Source: Flavobacteriales bacterium (GTDB taxonomy: Bacteria > Bacteroidota > Bacteroidia > Flavobacteriales_F > PHOS-HE28). Taken from it: a stretch of 64,000 bases of DNA. Under the pieces are notes generated by a model, which was given only the letters and a program-made list of their open reading frames with translations, was not told the DNA's origin and did not search any database. Where the stretch lies: positions 16,800 through 80,799 of the forward strand of contig JAIOIH010000014.1 of the NCBI GenBank assembly GCA_019912395.1. Direction: 5' to 3'. Positions 1 through 10,440 of the stretch are shown here, one piece after another (the first letter of the stretch is position 1; each line of letters starts with the position of its first letter). A program made the translations under genes and the position numbers.

Positions 1-1405
1 CGTCGAACTTCAAGTACTGCCCACCGACATGGTAGCCCCCTCCCCCGGAATTGTCGCTCTTGCCTCCGTAAGAGACCTGGCCCGGACTCGTCTCCACATC
101 GACCACGGAATACGTGGTGGAAGCGTAAAGGGACGGGGTGATGAACTGCGGGCCCGTTCCCACCTGATTATCCGTAGCATCGTACCAAACAGCGTTCGCG
201 GCGGTGGTGGTCAGAACCGCGGACCCGCCTTCGCAAACTACCGCGCCATCAGCCGTTGGTGCGGGAGCCTGCGCCAATCCGGTAACGGTGAACGGTGCGG
301 ATGTGGCCGTACCGCAATAGCTGGTGACCTGTACCGTGTACGTACCCGGGTCAGCCATGATGGAACTCGTTGTGGCCCCGTTGGACCAGAGGTAGCTCAC
401 ACCGGCACTGGCCTGCAGGCGCACCTGGCCGCTCGGGCACACGAACGCCTGCTCATCGCAATGGATCGCCGCCACGGGGCTGGAGCCGGGTTGCTGGGTA
501 AGTGTGATCGGGACGGCCGTCCAGTTGTTCGTGTCGTCCTCCTCCACCACCACGTCCAGCGGATCCACCTCGTACACGATCCAGTAATCGCCATTGCACG
601 CGCCGCTAGGAATGTCGATCCACATGCCGTCGAGGTATTCGCTGTAGATGTCCGTGTAACCGGAGGAAATGCCCTGGCGCAACATGCTGCACCCGTAGTT
701 CCCGCCACCCAGGCCGAAATTCGGAAAGTCCGATCCGTGCAAAGTAGTGCCTGCGTTGACCACGGTGTTGTCGTCCTTGCAATGGTGTTCGACCGCCCCA
801 TCGGAGCAGGTATTGTAATCCATCAGGCAGAAGCCCAGCTTGTAGCCGGAATTGACGATCGGCCAGTCCCGTGGATCGCTCACGCCAGGCTCCTGAACCC
901 GCAAGCTATAGACCCCCCATTGATCGTAGTGCGTATGTCCGTGGGTGGGGTGATAGGTCATCCCTTGCGGCATCAGGCGCTCATAGCTGGTCATCGTCGA
1001 TCCGTTCTTGTGGAAGATCCGCTGGGTGGTGAGCTGCTTTGCCGTACCGCCGTTGGGGCAGGCGAATTGCTGCTGCGCATTGGGGTCATATACCGCGAAG
1101 GTGTCCACCCCGCACACGAACCGGCGATAGCCGTTCAGGTCGGTACCGCGCACTTCCAAGGGGCCATGCCCGATGTTCGGTGTTGAACCGGTGACATTGA
1201 TGCGCCCGCTCGACTCGTTCGGACCGGACAGGTAGTTGAGCAGGGCATACCACGAAATGGTCATGTCCGGCAACAGGTCGCATTCGTCGCTTCCATCAGG
1301 GCATACGCACGAGGTCGCGTTCGTATTGGTGCATTGCGCGGAGGCGTTCGGTGTGCTGAGGAAGATCAGCAGGAAGGCCGGGAGGGCGTGTAGCAGGTGC
1401 TTCAT
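1..1405 (-). CDS. Secreted protein with N-terminal signal peptide, 3' end (C-terminus) truncated by the window edge; Cys-rich with an HxHxH (HPTHGHTHYD) motif, possibly a lysyl-oxidase-like copper domain
   Basis: A minus-strand ORF opens with ATG (complement of CAT at 1403-1405) and runs without stop to position 1 in the one minus frame not represented in the supplied track. The N-terminus MKHLLHALPAFLLIFLSTPNASAQ is a signal peptide, and codon usage is coherent. The track's + strand ORF 29..1186 is Arg/Gly-rich antisense junk. Confidence 0.5.
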   Translation of the reverse strand, partial: MKHLLHALPAFLLIFLSTPNASAQCTNTNATSCVCPDGSDECDLLPDMTISWYALLNYLSGPNESSGRINVTGSTPNIGHGPLEVRGTDLNGYRRFVCGVDTFAVYDPNAQQQFACPNGGTAKQLTTQRIFHKNGSTMTSYERLMPQGMTYHPTHGHTHYDQWGVYSLRVQEPGVSDPRDWPIVNSGYKLGFCLMDYNTCSDGAVEHHCKDDNTVVNAGTTLHGSDFPNFGLGGGNYGCSMLRQGISSGYTDIYSEYLDGMWIDIPSGACNGDYWIVYEVDPLDVVVEEDDTNNWTAVPITLTQQPGSSPVAAIHCDEQAFVCPSGQVRLQASAGVSYLWSNGATTSSIMADPGTYTVQVTSYCGTATSAPFTVTGLAQAPAPTADGAVVCEGGSAVLTTTAANAVWYDATDNQVGTGPQFITPSLYASTTYSVVDVETSPGQVSYGGKSDNSGGGGYHVGGQYLKFD

Positions 1406-1723
1406 GGTACGATCGTTCGGTTGGAGGTTGTTGAATGAGGTGGTGTAGTGTGGTGTGAGCATACCCCTCTGTATGCAATATTAGATCATTCAGCCACCTT
1501 TTGTATGATGTGTGTCATGTTTTTATCAACGAACCGCACATGGATCATGAACGCCATGTATCTTTCCCGACGCTCCATACGCCCGCCGGAACACCTCAAA
1601 TCGCCCAGCCGCAATGCATGCAGCCCCCACGGCGCTGCCCCGTACGCTCCTTCCAACAGTGACACATATCACATTCCAGAACAACCACGTGCCCTTCATT
1701 TGAACCAAATACCTCCAACAAGC

Positions 1724-2473
1724 ATGCATCGCCCCTCTGCTCCGTTCCTTCTGCCAGTCCTTTTCGGGTTGAGCATACTGGCCACTTCGTGCGCGAAGGA
1801 TGATCCCGCGACACCGGCCCCCGTGGCGCCTGCCAGCCCGGAGATCATGCGGGTCGCCCATGTGGTGGATGGCCTGCCGCTGACCTACGATACGCTGCTC
1901 TACACCAATGAGGCCGGTACAACCTTCAGCGTTTCCCGGGTGGAGTACTACCTGAGCGAGCTGGTGCTTATCGGCAGCGGCGGCACGGCCAACGACACCC
2001 TGCACGGTCCGTGGTACGTGAATGCGGCCGGCACCACGGACTTCGAGCTGACTTCCTTGCGCACGGGAACGTACAGCGGCGCCACGATGTTGCTTGGCCT
2101 GCCACCCGAACTGAACCTCACCGACAGCCTGCCCAATACGATCGAGAACATCAACATGGCATGGCCCGTTCCCATGGGTGGTGGTTACCACTTCATCAAG
2201 TTCGAGGGGCATTTCCTTGCCGACAGCGCACCACACGGCTTCGCCATGCACATCGGCAGGAATGCCTTCCTGCCCCATTGCGAGATGCCGCAGGGATTCA
2301 CCATCACCGGAGGCGGGGGGAAATTGCTGCTCACCTTCAATCTCAACGAGGTGTTCCGCAGCCCGCACACCTACGATCTCGCTTCCGGCAACTATTCCAT
2401 GGGCAGTGCGGTCCTGATGGGCCAACTGCGGGATAACTGCGCCAATTCCTTCACGATCGCGTACGAACCATGA
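1724..2473 (+). CDS. Lipoprotein, MbnP-like periplasmic copper-binding family (partner of the downstream di-heme peroxidase)
   Basis: Signal peptide followed by a lipobox Cys (LATSCAKDD), ~250 aa. Its stop overlaps the start of the cytochrome c peroxidase gene (2470-2473), the genomic arrangement typical of MbnP/MbnH pairs. The family assignment is from memory, not a search. Confidence 0.4.
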   Translation: MHRPSAPFLLPVLFGLSILATSCAKDDPATPAPVAPASPEIMRVAHVVDGLPLTYDTLLYTNEAGTTFSVSRVEYYLSELVLIGSGGTANDTLHGPWYVNAAGTTDFELTSLRTGTYSGATMLLGLPPELNLTDSLPNTIENINMAWPVPMGGGYHFIKFEGHFLADSAPHGFAMHIGRNAFLPHCEMPQGFTITGGGGKLLLTFNLNEVFRSPHTYDLASGNYSMGSAVLMGQLRDNCANSFTIAYEP

Positions 2474-3510
2474 ACGGTCGCCTTCTTCCGAGCCTCGCCC
2501 TCGCCGCCATGTTCCTAGTGGCCGCCTGCACGCGCGATTCGGTGGATCCACCGCCAGCGGGCCACACCGCACGAACCCCGGTTGACCTCGCCGGACCGTG
2601 GTATTTCCCGCAGATGACCGTGCCGGCGAACAACCCCACCACCCTCGAGGGCATCCAACTGGGCCGCCGGCTCTACTACGACCCGCTACTGTCCACCTAC
2701 GGACCGATGGCAGGCCGGTCATGCAGCAGCTGCCATTCCCAGGAACTGGGCTTCACAGTGCCCACCCCCCCGTCCAACTTCCTCAACGTACTGCCGCACG
2801 TGAACTTGGGCTGGAGCACGAACTTTCTTTGGAACGGCGAAGTGCAGGGAACCCTTGAGGACATCATGCGCTTCGAGGTGGAGGAGTTCTTCCAGGTGGA
2901 TGTGAACCTGCTGCGGAACCACCCGGAATATCCGCAGCTGTTCCAAGCTGCCCTGGGCACCTCCTCCATCACACAGGATGATGTGGGCAAGGCCCTGGCC
3001 CAATGGTTCCGCAGCATGATCTCCTCCAACAGCCGCTTCGACCAATACCTGCGGCACGAGATCGCCCTCACACCTTCGGAGCTGAACGGAATGACGCTCT
3101 ACCTTACCGAGACCGGCGACTGCTTCCATTGCCATGGCATACCCCTGCTCACCGACAATGCCTTCCACAACATCGGCCTCGATTCGGTCTTCACCGGTAG
3201 CGACCAAGGACGGTTCCTGGTAACGGGGAACCCCATGGACATGGGTGCCTTCAAGGCCTCCACCCTGAGGAACATCGCGCAGACGGCGCCCTACATGCAC
3301 GACGGCCGGTTCGCCACCCTGGAGGAAGTGGTGGAGCATTACAATTCCGGCGTGAAGCCATCGCCCAGCTTGGACCCGATCATGACCAAGCCGGGAAAGG
3401 AGACCGGCCTTAACCTGTCGCCCCAGCAGAAAGCCGACCTGGTGGCCTTCCTCAACACCTTCACCGACCAGACCTTTCTCACGGACACCGCCCTCGCCAG
3501 TCCGTTCTGA
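2470..3510 (+). CDS. Di-heme cytochrome c peroxidase family protein (MbnH/MauG-like)
   Basis: Two CxxCH heme-binding motifs (CSSCH, CFHCH), a lipoprotein-like N-terminus (LVAACTRD), ~346 aa, and the conserved APYMHDG region of the CCP/MauG family. Confidence 0.75.
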   Translation: MNGRLLPSLALAAMFLVAACTRDSVDPPPAGHTARTPVDLAGPWYFPQMTVPANNPTTLEGIQLGRRLYYDPLLSTYGPMAGRSCSSCHSQELGFTVPTPPSNFLNVLPHVNLGWSTNFLWNGEVQGTLEDIMRFEVEEFFQVDVNLLRNHPEYPQLFQAALGTSSITQDDVGKALAQWFRSMISSNSRFDQYLRHEIALTPSELNGMTLYLTETGDCFHCHGIPLLTDNAFHNIGLDSVFTGSDQGRFLVTGNPMDMGAFKASTLRNIAQTAPYMHDGRFATLEEVVEHYNSGVKPSPSLDPIMTKPGKETGLNLSPQQKADLVAFLNTFTDQTFLTDTALASPF

Positions 3511-3527
3511 AGGCGCCGCCAGCTAAC

Positions 3528-4235
3528 TTGCCGGCCATGGGAATGGTACCTGCACCACCGATCGTACGGCTTGATGCGCTGATAGCCGAACACTGCAGCC
3601 CGGAGTGGCAAGAACTCCTCAAGGAGCGCAACACCAGGGTCACCTATCGCAAGGGCGAGCACATCTTCACCGATGGGCAGGTGGCCACGCACATGTTCAT
3701 GATCCACAGGGGACGGGTGAAAGTGGTGACCCGCCAAGCGGGCGGCCGCGAACGGATCATCCGCATTGCCGGGGATGGCGAGGTGATCGGTTATCGCGCC
3801 ATCGGGGACGAGCCCATCTATACCGCCACGGTGACGGCGCTCAGCGAGACCCGGATGAACACCATCCCCATGCCCCTCTTTCTCAGCACACTTCGGGCGA
3901 ACAACCAGTTCTGCTATCACTTCCTGCTGTACTTCGCCGAAGAGATGAGGGTGCTGGACCAGGACATGCGCGACCTGATGGAGCTGGACGTGCCCCAACG
4001 CATCGCCAAGACGCTAATGCTCAACAGGGACGTCTTCGGCTTCGATGATAAGGACAAGCGGAAATTCGCATTCACACTGGCCCGCAAGGACATTGCCAGC
4101 ATAGCCGATACCACCTATGAATCGGTGATCCGGAACTTGGCCGACCTACAGCGCAAAGGCATCATCCAACTGGTGGGCAAGGAGATCCGCCTGCTGAAGA
4201 AGCGGGAGCTGGAAAAGATGATGAAACCCTCCTGA
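3528..4235 (+). CDS. Crp/Fnr-family transcriptional regulator (cNMP-binding domain plus C-terminal HTH)
   Basis: 235 aa with an N-terminal beta-roll cNMP-binding-like region and a C-terminal HTH (RKDIASIADTTYESVIRNLADLQRKGII), the typical Crp/Fnr layout. Confidence 0.75.
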   Translation: MPAMGMVPAPPIVRLDALIAEHCSPEWQELLKERNTRVTYRKGEHIFTDGQVATHMFMIHRGRVKVVTRQAGGRERIIRIAGDGEVIGYRAIGDEPIYTATVTALSETRMNTIPMPLFLSTLRANNQFCYHFLLYFAEEMRVLDQDMRDLMELDVPQRIAKTLMLNRDVFGFDDKDKRKFAFTLARKDIASIADTTYESVIRNLADLQRKGIIQLVGKEIRLLKKRELEKMMKPS

Positions 4236-4282
4236 CCGGACCGGCAACCGAGCGGCAGGCACCTCATGGCAGCAGGATCTCA

Positions 4283-4759
4283 GTGACCTTCATCACTGAC
4301 CGAATGAAACGCAGGTCGGACCTTCGCAATGGAATCCTCCAATACCTTTCCTACCTGAACCACCCCATCATGAACTACGCCATCACCCGCACGATCGAGA
4401 ACACCGACATGGCCGCCCTGAAGGAGCGAACCGTGGAAGCCTTGAAGACCGAAGGCTTCGGAGTGCTCACGGAGATCGACCTGCAAGCCACATTGAAGAA
4501 GAAGCTCGACAAGGACCATCTGCCGCACGTGATCCTGGGTGCCTGCAACCCGGGGTTCGCGCACCAAGTGGTCACCCTGGAGCCGCTCATCAGCACCATG
4601 TTGCCGTGCAACGTCATCATCCGGCAATTGCCCGACGGCAAGCATGAGGTGGCCGCCATCGATCCGGCGGCAGCCATGATAGGCGTGCAAAATCCCGCCG
4701 TGGAACCCGTTGCTGCCCAAGTGCGCGATGCCCTGAAGCGTGTGATCGGGAAGGTCTAA
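4283..4759 (+). CDS. DUF302 domain protein (the true start may be the internal Met at ~4373)
   Basis: The small protein carries the conserved DUF302 core (GFGVLTEIDLQATLKKKL...LGACNP). The N-terminal 30 aa may be over-called. Confidence 0.5.
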   Translation: MTFITDRMKRRSDLRNGILQYLSYLNHPIMNYAITRTIENTDMAALKERTVEALKTEGFGVLTEIDLQATLKKKLDKDHLPHVILGACNPGFAHQVVTLEPLISTMLPCNVIIRQLPDGKHEVAAIDPAAAMIGVQNPAVEPVAAQVRDALKRVIGKV

Positions 4760-5144
4760 GAACCTGTTCAGGATCCAAGCCCTCAGTGACTGTCCGTCCA
4801 TCCGCCGGACGCCTTCCTTGGGGCTGGCACGGGACTCCTGGCATCCGGCCTGACCCACTTCCGGAAGAGGTCGGAAAGAAGGTGATCACCTTCATCGAGG
4901 CCCTGATGGGGCAATGGGAACGGCACGAAAAGAAGCACGAGGACGCACCACGGGAAAGGATCGCATTGCCATCCGATCGAAAGGCCAGGTCCATCTGCGA
5001 CCTCGCCTGGCTCCAACCCGCACATTTCCTTGGTCGATCCGGCGATCGCAAATGGTGTAAATTGGCAACATGCTCCCCGGAAAGATGAACGATCGAAGTG
5101 CCCGGCCGCGCGGCCTTCCAACGTGCGGAACACGGATCCGCAAG

Positions 5145-6806
5145 ATGCGCTTGATCGGCATGTCCGGCCTCCTTCTGCCGGCGCTGGCCTTCACGCAGGT
5201 GCTCCAACCGCTGGCCATCCCTCCCCTGCTGGACATGGATACGTTCGATCTGGTCGTGGACGACCATGTTCACCAGTTCTTCCCCGGAGTGAACACCACT
5301 ACCTACGGCGTGAACGGGGTTGTGTTGGGTCCCACGCTTGTGCTGCATTCGGGTAGCATGGCGCACATCCGCCTGCACAATGAACTACCGGTGTGGACGA
5401 ACATGCACTGGCACGGCCTGCACATATCCGGGGAGGCCGATGGCGCGCCACCGCGCCAGATCAACCCCGGCGAGACATGGGCCGTGGATTTCCCCGTGAT
5501 GAACGCGGCCGCTACGTTCTGGTACCATCCGCATCCGCACATGATGACCATGGACCACGTGAACAAGGGCCTGGCGGGCTTCATCATCGTGCGCGATGAC
5601 GCGGAGGCCGCATTGCAACTGCCGCGTACCTACGGCGTGGATGACTTCCCGATCGTGGTGCAGGACAGGAACTTTCTACCCAGCGGCGACTTCGCTTCCG
5701 GCCCTTACGGCGATACGGTACTGGTGAACGGTACGCCGAATGCCTACGTGGAAATGCCCGCCCAGATCGTGCGCCTGCGCCTGTTGAACGGTTCGAACGC
5801 GCGCATCTTCCGTCTCGGTTTCGATGACGGTCACGCCTTTCACGTCATTGGCAGCGACGGCGGCTTGCTGAACGGTCCGGTGGAAGTGGACCGCATGACC
5901 GTGAGCAACGGTGAACGATACGAGGTGCTGCTCGACCTGTCAGGCATGGAAGGCGACAGCCTTCTGCTGATGAGCTTCGGCAGCGAACTCACACCCACCA
6001 TGCCGGGGGCATTCAATCCCACATGGGAGCCCAGCATCCTCAACGGGGTGGACTTTCCGGTGCTGCGCATACGTGTTACGGCCCCCACCACGGAACCGGT
6101 GACCACTATTCCGAACACCCTTACGCATGTGGAGTTGCCCGACCTCGCCGACGTGAGCCGCACGCGCTGGAAATCGTTCTCGGGATTCGGCACTCCGGGC
6201 TCGGGCATGTTCATGATCAACGACCTGATGTTCGACCTGGACGTGATCAATGATACCGTGCTGTTGGGTGCCACGGAACGTTGGGTAGTGGAGAACGCCA
6301 CTGACATGGCCCATGTGTTCCACATCCATGGGGGCTCCTTCTACGTCCTCCAACGCAACGGCCAGCCCCCACCCGAATGGGAGCGAGGGGCCAAGGACGT
6401 GATCATGACGGACATGGCGGACAATGTGGAGTTCATCATGGAGTTCAACGACTATGTTTCGGACGGATGGCCCTACATGTACCATTGCCATAACCTGGTG
6501 CATGAGGACGGCATGATGATGCTGCAGTATATCGTGGTGGACCCGAACACGCACGTGGCCCCCGTTCCTGACGATGAAACCATGACCGTATTCCCATCAC
6601 CCTTCACATCGTCGTTCACGTTCCAAACCGACTTCGCCGTGCGCGAGGTGCGCCTCAACGACATGCTCGGCCGCACGGTGCTACGGCAACCGATGGACGG
6701 GCGGACCCGCGGTGTGATCGATGCGCTCACGTTGCCCGCCGGCCCTTATGTGCTGCGTTTGAAAGGCGATGATCGTACCGTGCAGCGCGTGGTCGTCCGG
6801 GAGTAA
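5145..6806 (+). CDS. Multicopper oxidase (CueO/CopA-like) with C-terminal Por/T9SS sorting domain
   Basis: Signal peptide (MRLIGMSGLLLPALAFTQ). Cu-binding His motifs are present: HWHG (type 2/3), HPHPH, HIHG and HCHNLVHED (type 1/3). The C-terminal ~80 aa form a beta-rich T9SS CTD (VFPSPFTSSFTF...VLRLKGDDRTVQRVVV). The start was chosen at the ATG at 5145 because the upstream 25 aa look like over-extension. Confidence 0.8.
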   Translation: MRLIGMSGLLLPALAFTQVLQPLAIPPLLDMDTFDLVVDDHVHQFFPGVNTTTYGVNGVVLGPTLVLHSGSMAHIRLHNELPVWTNMHWHGLHISGEADGAPPRQINPGETWAVDFPVMNAAATFWYHPHPHMMTMDHVNKGLAGFIIVRDDAEAALQLPRTYGVDDFPIVVQDRNFLPSGDFASGPYGDTVLVNGTPNAYVEMPAQIVRLRLLNGSNARIFRLGFDDGHAFHVIGSDGGLLNGPVEVDRMTVSNGERYEVLLDLSGMEGDSLLLMSFGSELTPTMPGAFNPTWEPSILNGVDFPVLRIRVTAPTTEPVTTIPNTLTHVELPDLADVSRTRWKSFSGFGTPGSGMFMINDLMFDLDVINDTVLLGATERWVVENATDMAHVFHIHGGSFYVLQRNGQPPPEWERGAKDVIMTDMADNVEFIMEFNDYVSDGWPYMYHCHNLVHEDGMMMLQYIVVDPNTHVAPVPDDETMTVFPSPFTSSFTFQTDFAVREVRLNDMLGRTVLRQPMDGRTRGVIDALTLPAGPYVLRLKGDDRTVQRVVVRE

Positions 6807-6925
6807 GGGCTTGAGCTGTTCAAGGATCACTGGCCTGGCCGAAGGGAAGTGATCGTTCCGGGATTTCAATGCGCCGTTGGATGACTTCAAGGCGTATATG
6901 GAGTGTGAATTCTCGGCCTCAGGGT

Positions 6926-6998
6926 CCACTTCGTGAGACCCTGAGGGAGCTTCACTTCGTGAGACCCTGAGGGAGCTTCAGACCCTGAGGGAGCTTCC
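6926..6998. repeat. Short tandem repeat (~26 bp x ~2.7: cacttcgtgagaccctgagggagcttca) in the intergenic region
   Basis: Direct reading of the sequence shows two full copies and one partial copy between the oxidase and QueD-like genes. Confidence 0.6.
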
Positions 6999-7009
6999 TG
7001 TCGATCTGA

Positions 7010-7456
7010 TCAACCCCGCCCCCACTCAGCCCAGCTCGTGGCGGTCTCTTGCAGGCGCACCGCATACAGCATCTCCTTTTCCGGCAAAGCGTCCTGCAAG
7101 CGTTCCACGATGTCCAGCAACACGTTCTCGCAACTGGGCTGCCAAGGCGTGAAGCGCGTGCGACCGAACAGTTCGTGACCCGACGAGGCCTGATCACGAT
7201 CTTTCTCGTGCAGCACCAAGGCATGGTCGTAATGCTCGATCACCGCCTTGTGTACAAGCTTCTTCAGCTCCGAGAAGTCGATCACCATGCCATCCTTGGG
7301 ATGATCCGTCTCCTCCCGTGGATCGCCGACCAGGGTAACGTCCAGCACGTAGGAATGCCCGTGGATGTTCGCGCACAGACCATCGTGGCAGCGCAGGGCA
7401 TGCGCCATCTCAAAGTGGAATCGCTTGGTGACGCGAACACGTTCCTTCAGGGTCAT
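7010..7456 (-). CDS. 6-pyruvoyl-tetrahydropterin synthase / QueD-like (6-carboxytetrahydropterin synthase) family protein
   Basis: 148 aa. Zn-binding His motifs (FHFEMAHAL, CANIHGHSY) and the catalytic Cys region are typical of the PTPS/QueD family. The start codon overlaps the stop of the downstream lyase gene (ATGA-type coupling at 7453-7456). Confidence 0.65.
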   Translation of the reverse strand: MTLKERVRVTKRFHFEMAHALRCHDGLCANIHGHSYVLDVTLVGDPREETDHPKDGMVIDFSELKKLVHKAVIEHYDHALVLHEKDRDQASSGHELFGRTRFTPWQPSCENVLLDIVERLQDALPEKEMLYAVRLQETATSWAEWGRG

Positions 7457-8829
7457 GGCAATGTGTCGAAGTGCGCGGTAAAGTGACGCAGGAATTTCGG
7501 TTCCTTCACGATCCGCATTCCTTTCACCTGTTCGCGCTCCGCCATGATGCCCTCGAACGTCTCGGCCACGTACTCGATATGGCTTTGGGTGTAGACCCGG
7601 CGCGGGATGGCCAAGCGCACCAGTTCCATCCGCGAGGGCTTCAGCGAACCGTCCTCCGCGTAGGTGCCGAACATCACCGAGCCGATCTCCACGCTGCGGA
7701 TTCCGCCCAGGCGGAACAGCTCGCTCACCAGCGCCTGACCGGGGTACTGTGCCGGCGGGATGTGCGGATAGAGCTTCTTCGCATCGATGTAGACCGCATG
7801 GCCGCCGATGGGCAACATCAGCGGAACGCCCAGCTTGTGCAACTGCTCGCCCAGGAAGGTGGTGCTCCGGATCCGGTAATTCAGGTAATGGGGATCGAAG
7901 ACCTCCTCCAGACCGATGGCGATGGCCTCCATGTCGCGCCCGGCCAAGCCACCATAAGTGGTGAAACCTTCGGTGATGATGAGCAGGTTGGTGCAGGCTT
8001 CCGCCAGTGCCTCATTCCGGAACGAGAGGAAACCGCCGATGTTGGCGAAGGCATCCTTCTTGGCGCTCATCACGGCCCCATCAGCGAGGGCGAACATGCG
8101 CTGCGCGATCTCGCGGTACGTCAGTCCCTCCATCCCTTCCTCGCGATGCTTCACGAACCAGCTATTCTCCGCGATGCGGCAGCAATCCAGCATCAGGATC
8201 ACGCCGTGGCGCTTGCAGATGGCGGCGACACCTTCCGCATTGGCCATGCTCACCGGTTGCCCGCCGCCGCTGTTGTTGGTCACGGTAAGGATCACCGCGC
8301 CCACATGACCTTTATGCTCCTTGAGCAGGCGGTCGAGTTCACCCACGTCCATGTTGCCCTTGAAGGGATGCTGCAGCGCGGTGTCCTGCCCCTCGGGGAT
8401 GGGGATGTCGATCGCCGTGGCACCACTGAACTCGATGTTGGCCCGGGTGGTATCGAAGTGGGTATTGCTAATGAAGATCTTGCCCGGCCCTCCGAGGTGC
8501 CCATAGATGATGCGTTCCGCAGCGCGCCCTTGGTGGGTGGGCAACACATGCTGCATTCCGGTGAGGTCCTGCACTTCGTTCTCCATCCTCAACCAGGAGC
8601 GCGAACCCGCGTATGCCTCATCGCCCTCCATGATGCCCGCCCACTGGTGCGCGCTCATGGCACTGGTGCCGCTGTCGGTCATCAGGTCGATGATCACATC
8701 CTTCGACCGCAGCAGGAAGGGGTTGTAATGCGCATCCTTCAGCAGTTCGACACGTTCCACCTCGGTGCTGAGGCCGATCGGTTCCACGCTCTTGATGCGG
8801 AAGGGTTCAATGATGGTGCGATGCCTCAT
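7453..8829 (-). CDS. Tryptophanase / tyrosine phenol-lyase family PLP-dependent beta-eliminating lyase (paralog 1)
   Basis: 458 aa with a conserved N-terminus (EPFRIKSVEP), PLP-lysine region (SAKKDAFANIGG) and TDSGTSAMS motif, all characteristic of TnaA/Tpl. Confidence 0.85.
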   Translation of the reverse strand: MRHRTIIEPFRIKSVEPIGLSTEVERVELLKDAHYNPFLLRSKDVIIDLMTDSGTSAMSAHQWAGIMEGDEAYAGSRSWLRMENEVQDLTGMQHVLPTHQGRAAERIIYGHLGGPGKIFISNTHFDTTRANIEFSGATAIDIPIPEGQDTALQHPFKGNMDVGELDRLLKEHKGHVGAVILTVTNNSGGGQPVSMANAEGVAAICKRHGVILMLDCCRIAENSWFVKHREEGMEGLTYREIAQRMFALADGAVMSAKKDAFANIGGFLSFRNEALAEACTNLLIITEGFTTYGGLAGRDMEAIAIGLEEVFDPHYLNYRIRSTTFLGEQLHKLGVPLMLPIGGHAVYIDAKKLYPHIPPAQYPGQALVSELFRLGGIRSVEIGSVMFGTYAEDGSLKPSRMELVRLAIPRRVYTQSHIEYVAETFEGIMAEREQVKGMRIVKEPKFLRHFTAHFDTLP

Positions 8830-8833
8830 GGGA

Positions 8834-10216
<1,383 letters not shown>

Positions 10217-10440
10217 TCACTTTTTGGGTTCATCGGATTTTTACCGCACGATGGCGGTAGGCCCGCAAATGTGCATTTCCTTTTCGGGGCAATTCCTGTC
10301 CTAAATCAGGTTGATGGACGGCACAATGGTCCAACCGCCGGGAACGCGGGGCTTGGGCGGTCCGGTCCCCGTTACGGAAGATCCGTTCCCACCCCTCGGC
10401 CCATCAGGGGCAGCGGCCTACTCGATGACCCCGGGCCGGA

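Noticed and set aside
29-1186. 385-aa + strand ORF at the window start
   Set aside because: Arg/Gly-rich low-complexity translation with no motifs. It lies antisense to a well-formed signal-peptide-bearing ORF on the minus strand.
10217-10440. Possible FNR/Crp box (TTGAT…) in the tna–narI intergenic region
   Set aside because: Only a half-site-like TTGATGGAC was seen, and no convincing TTGAT-N4-ATCAA palindrome could be read.
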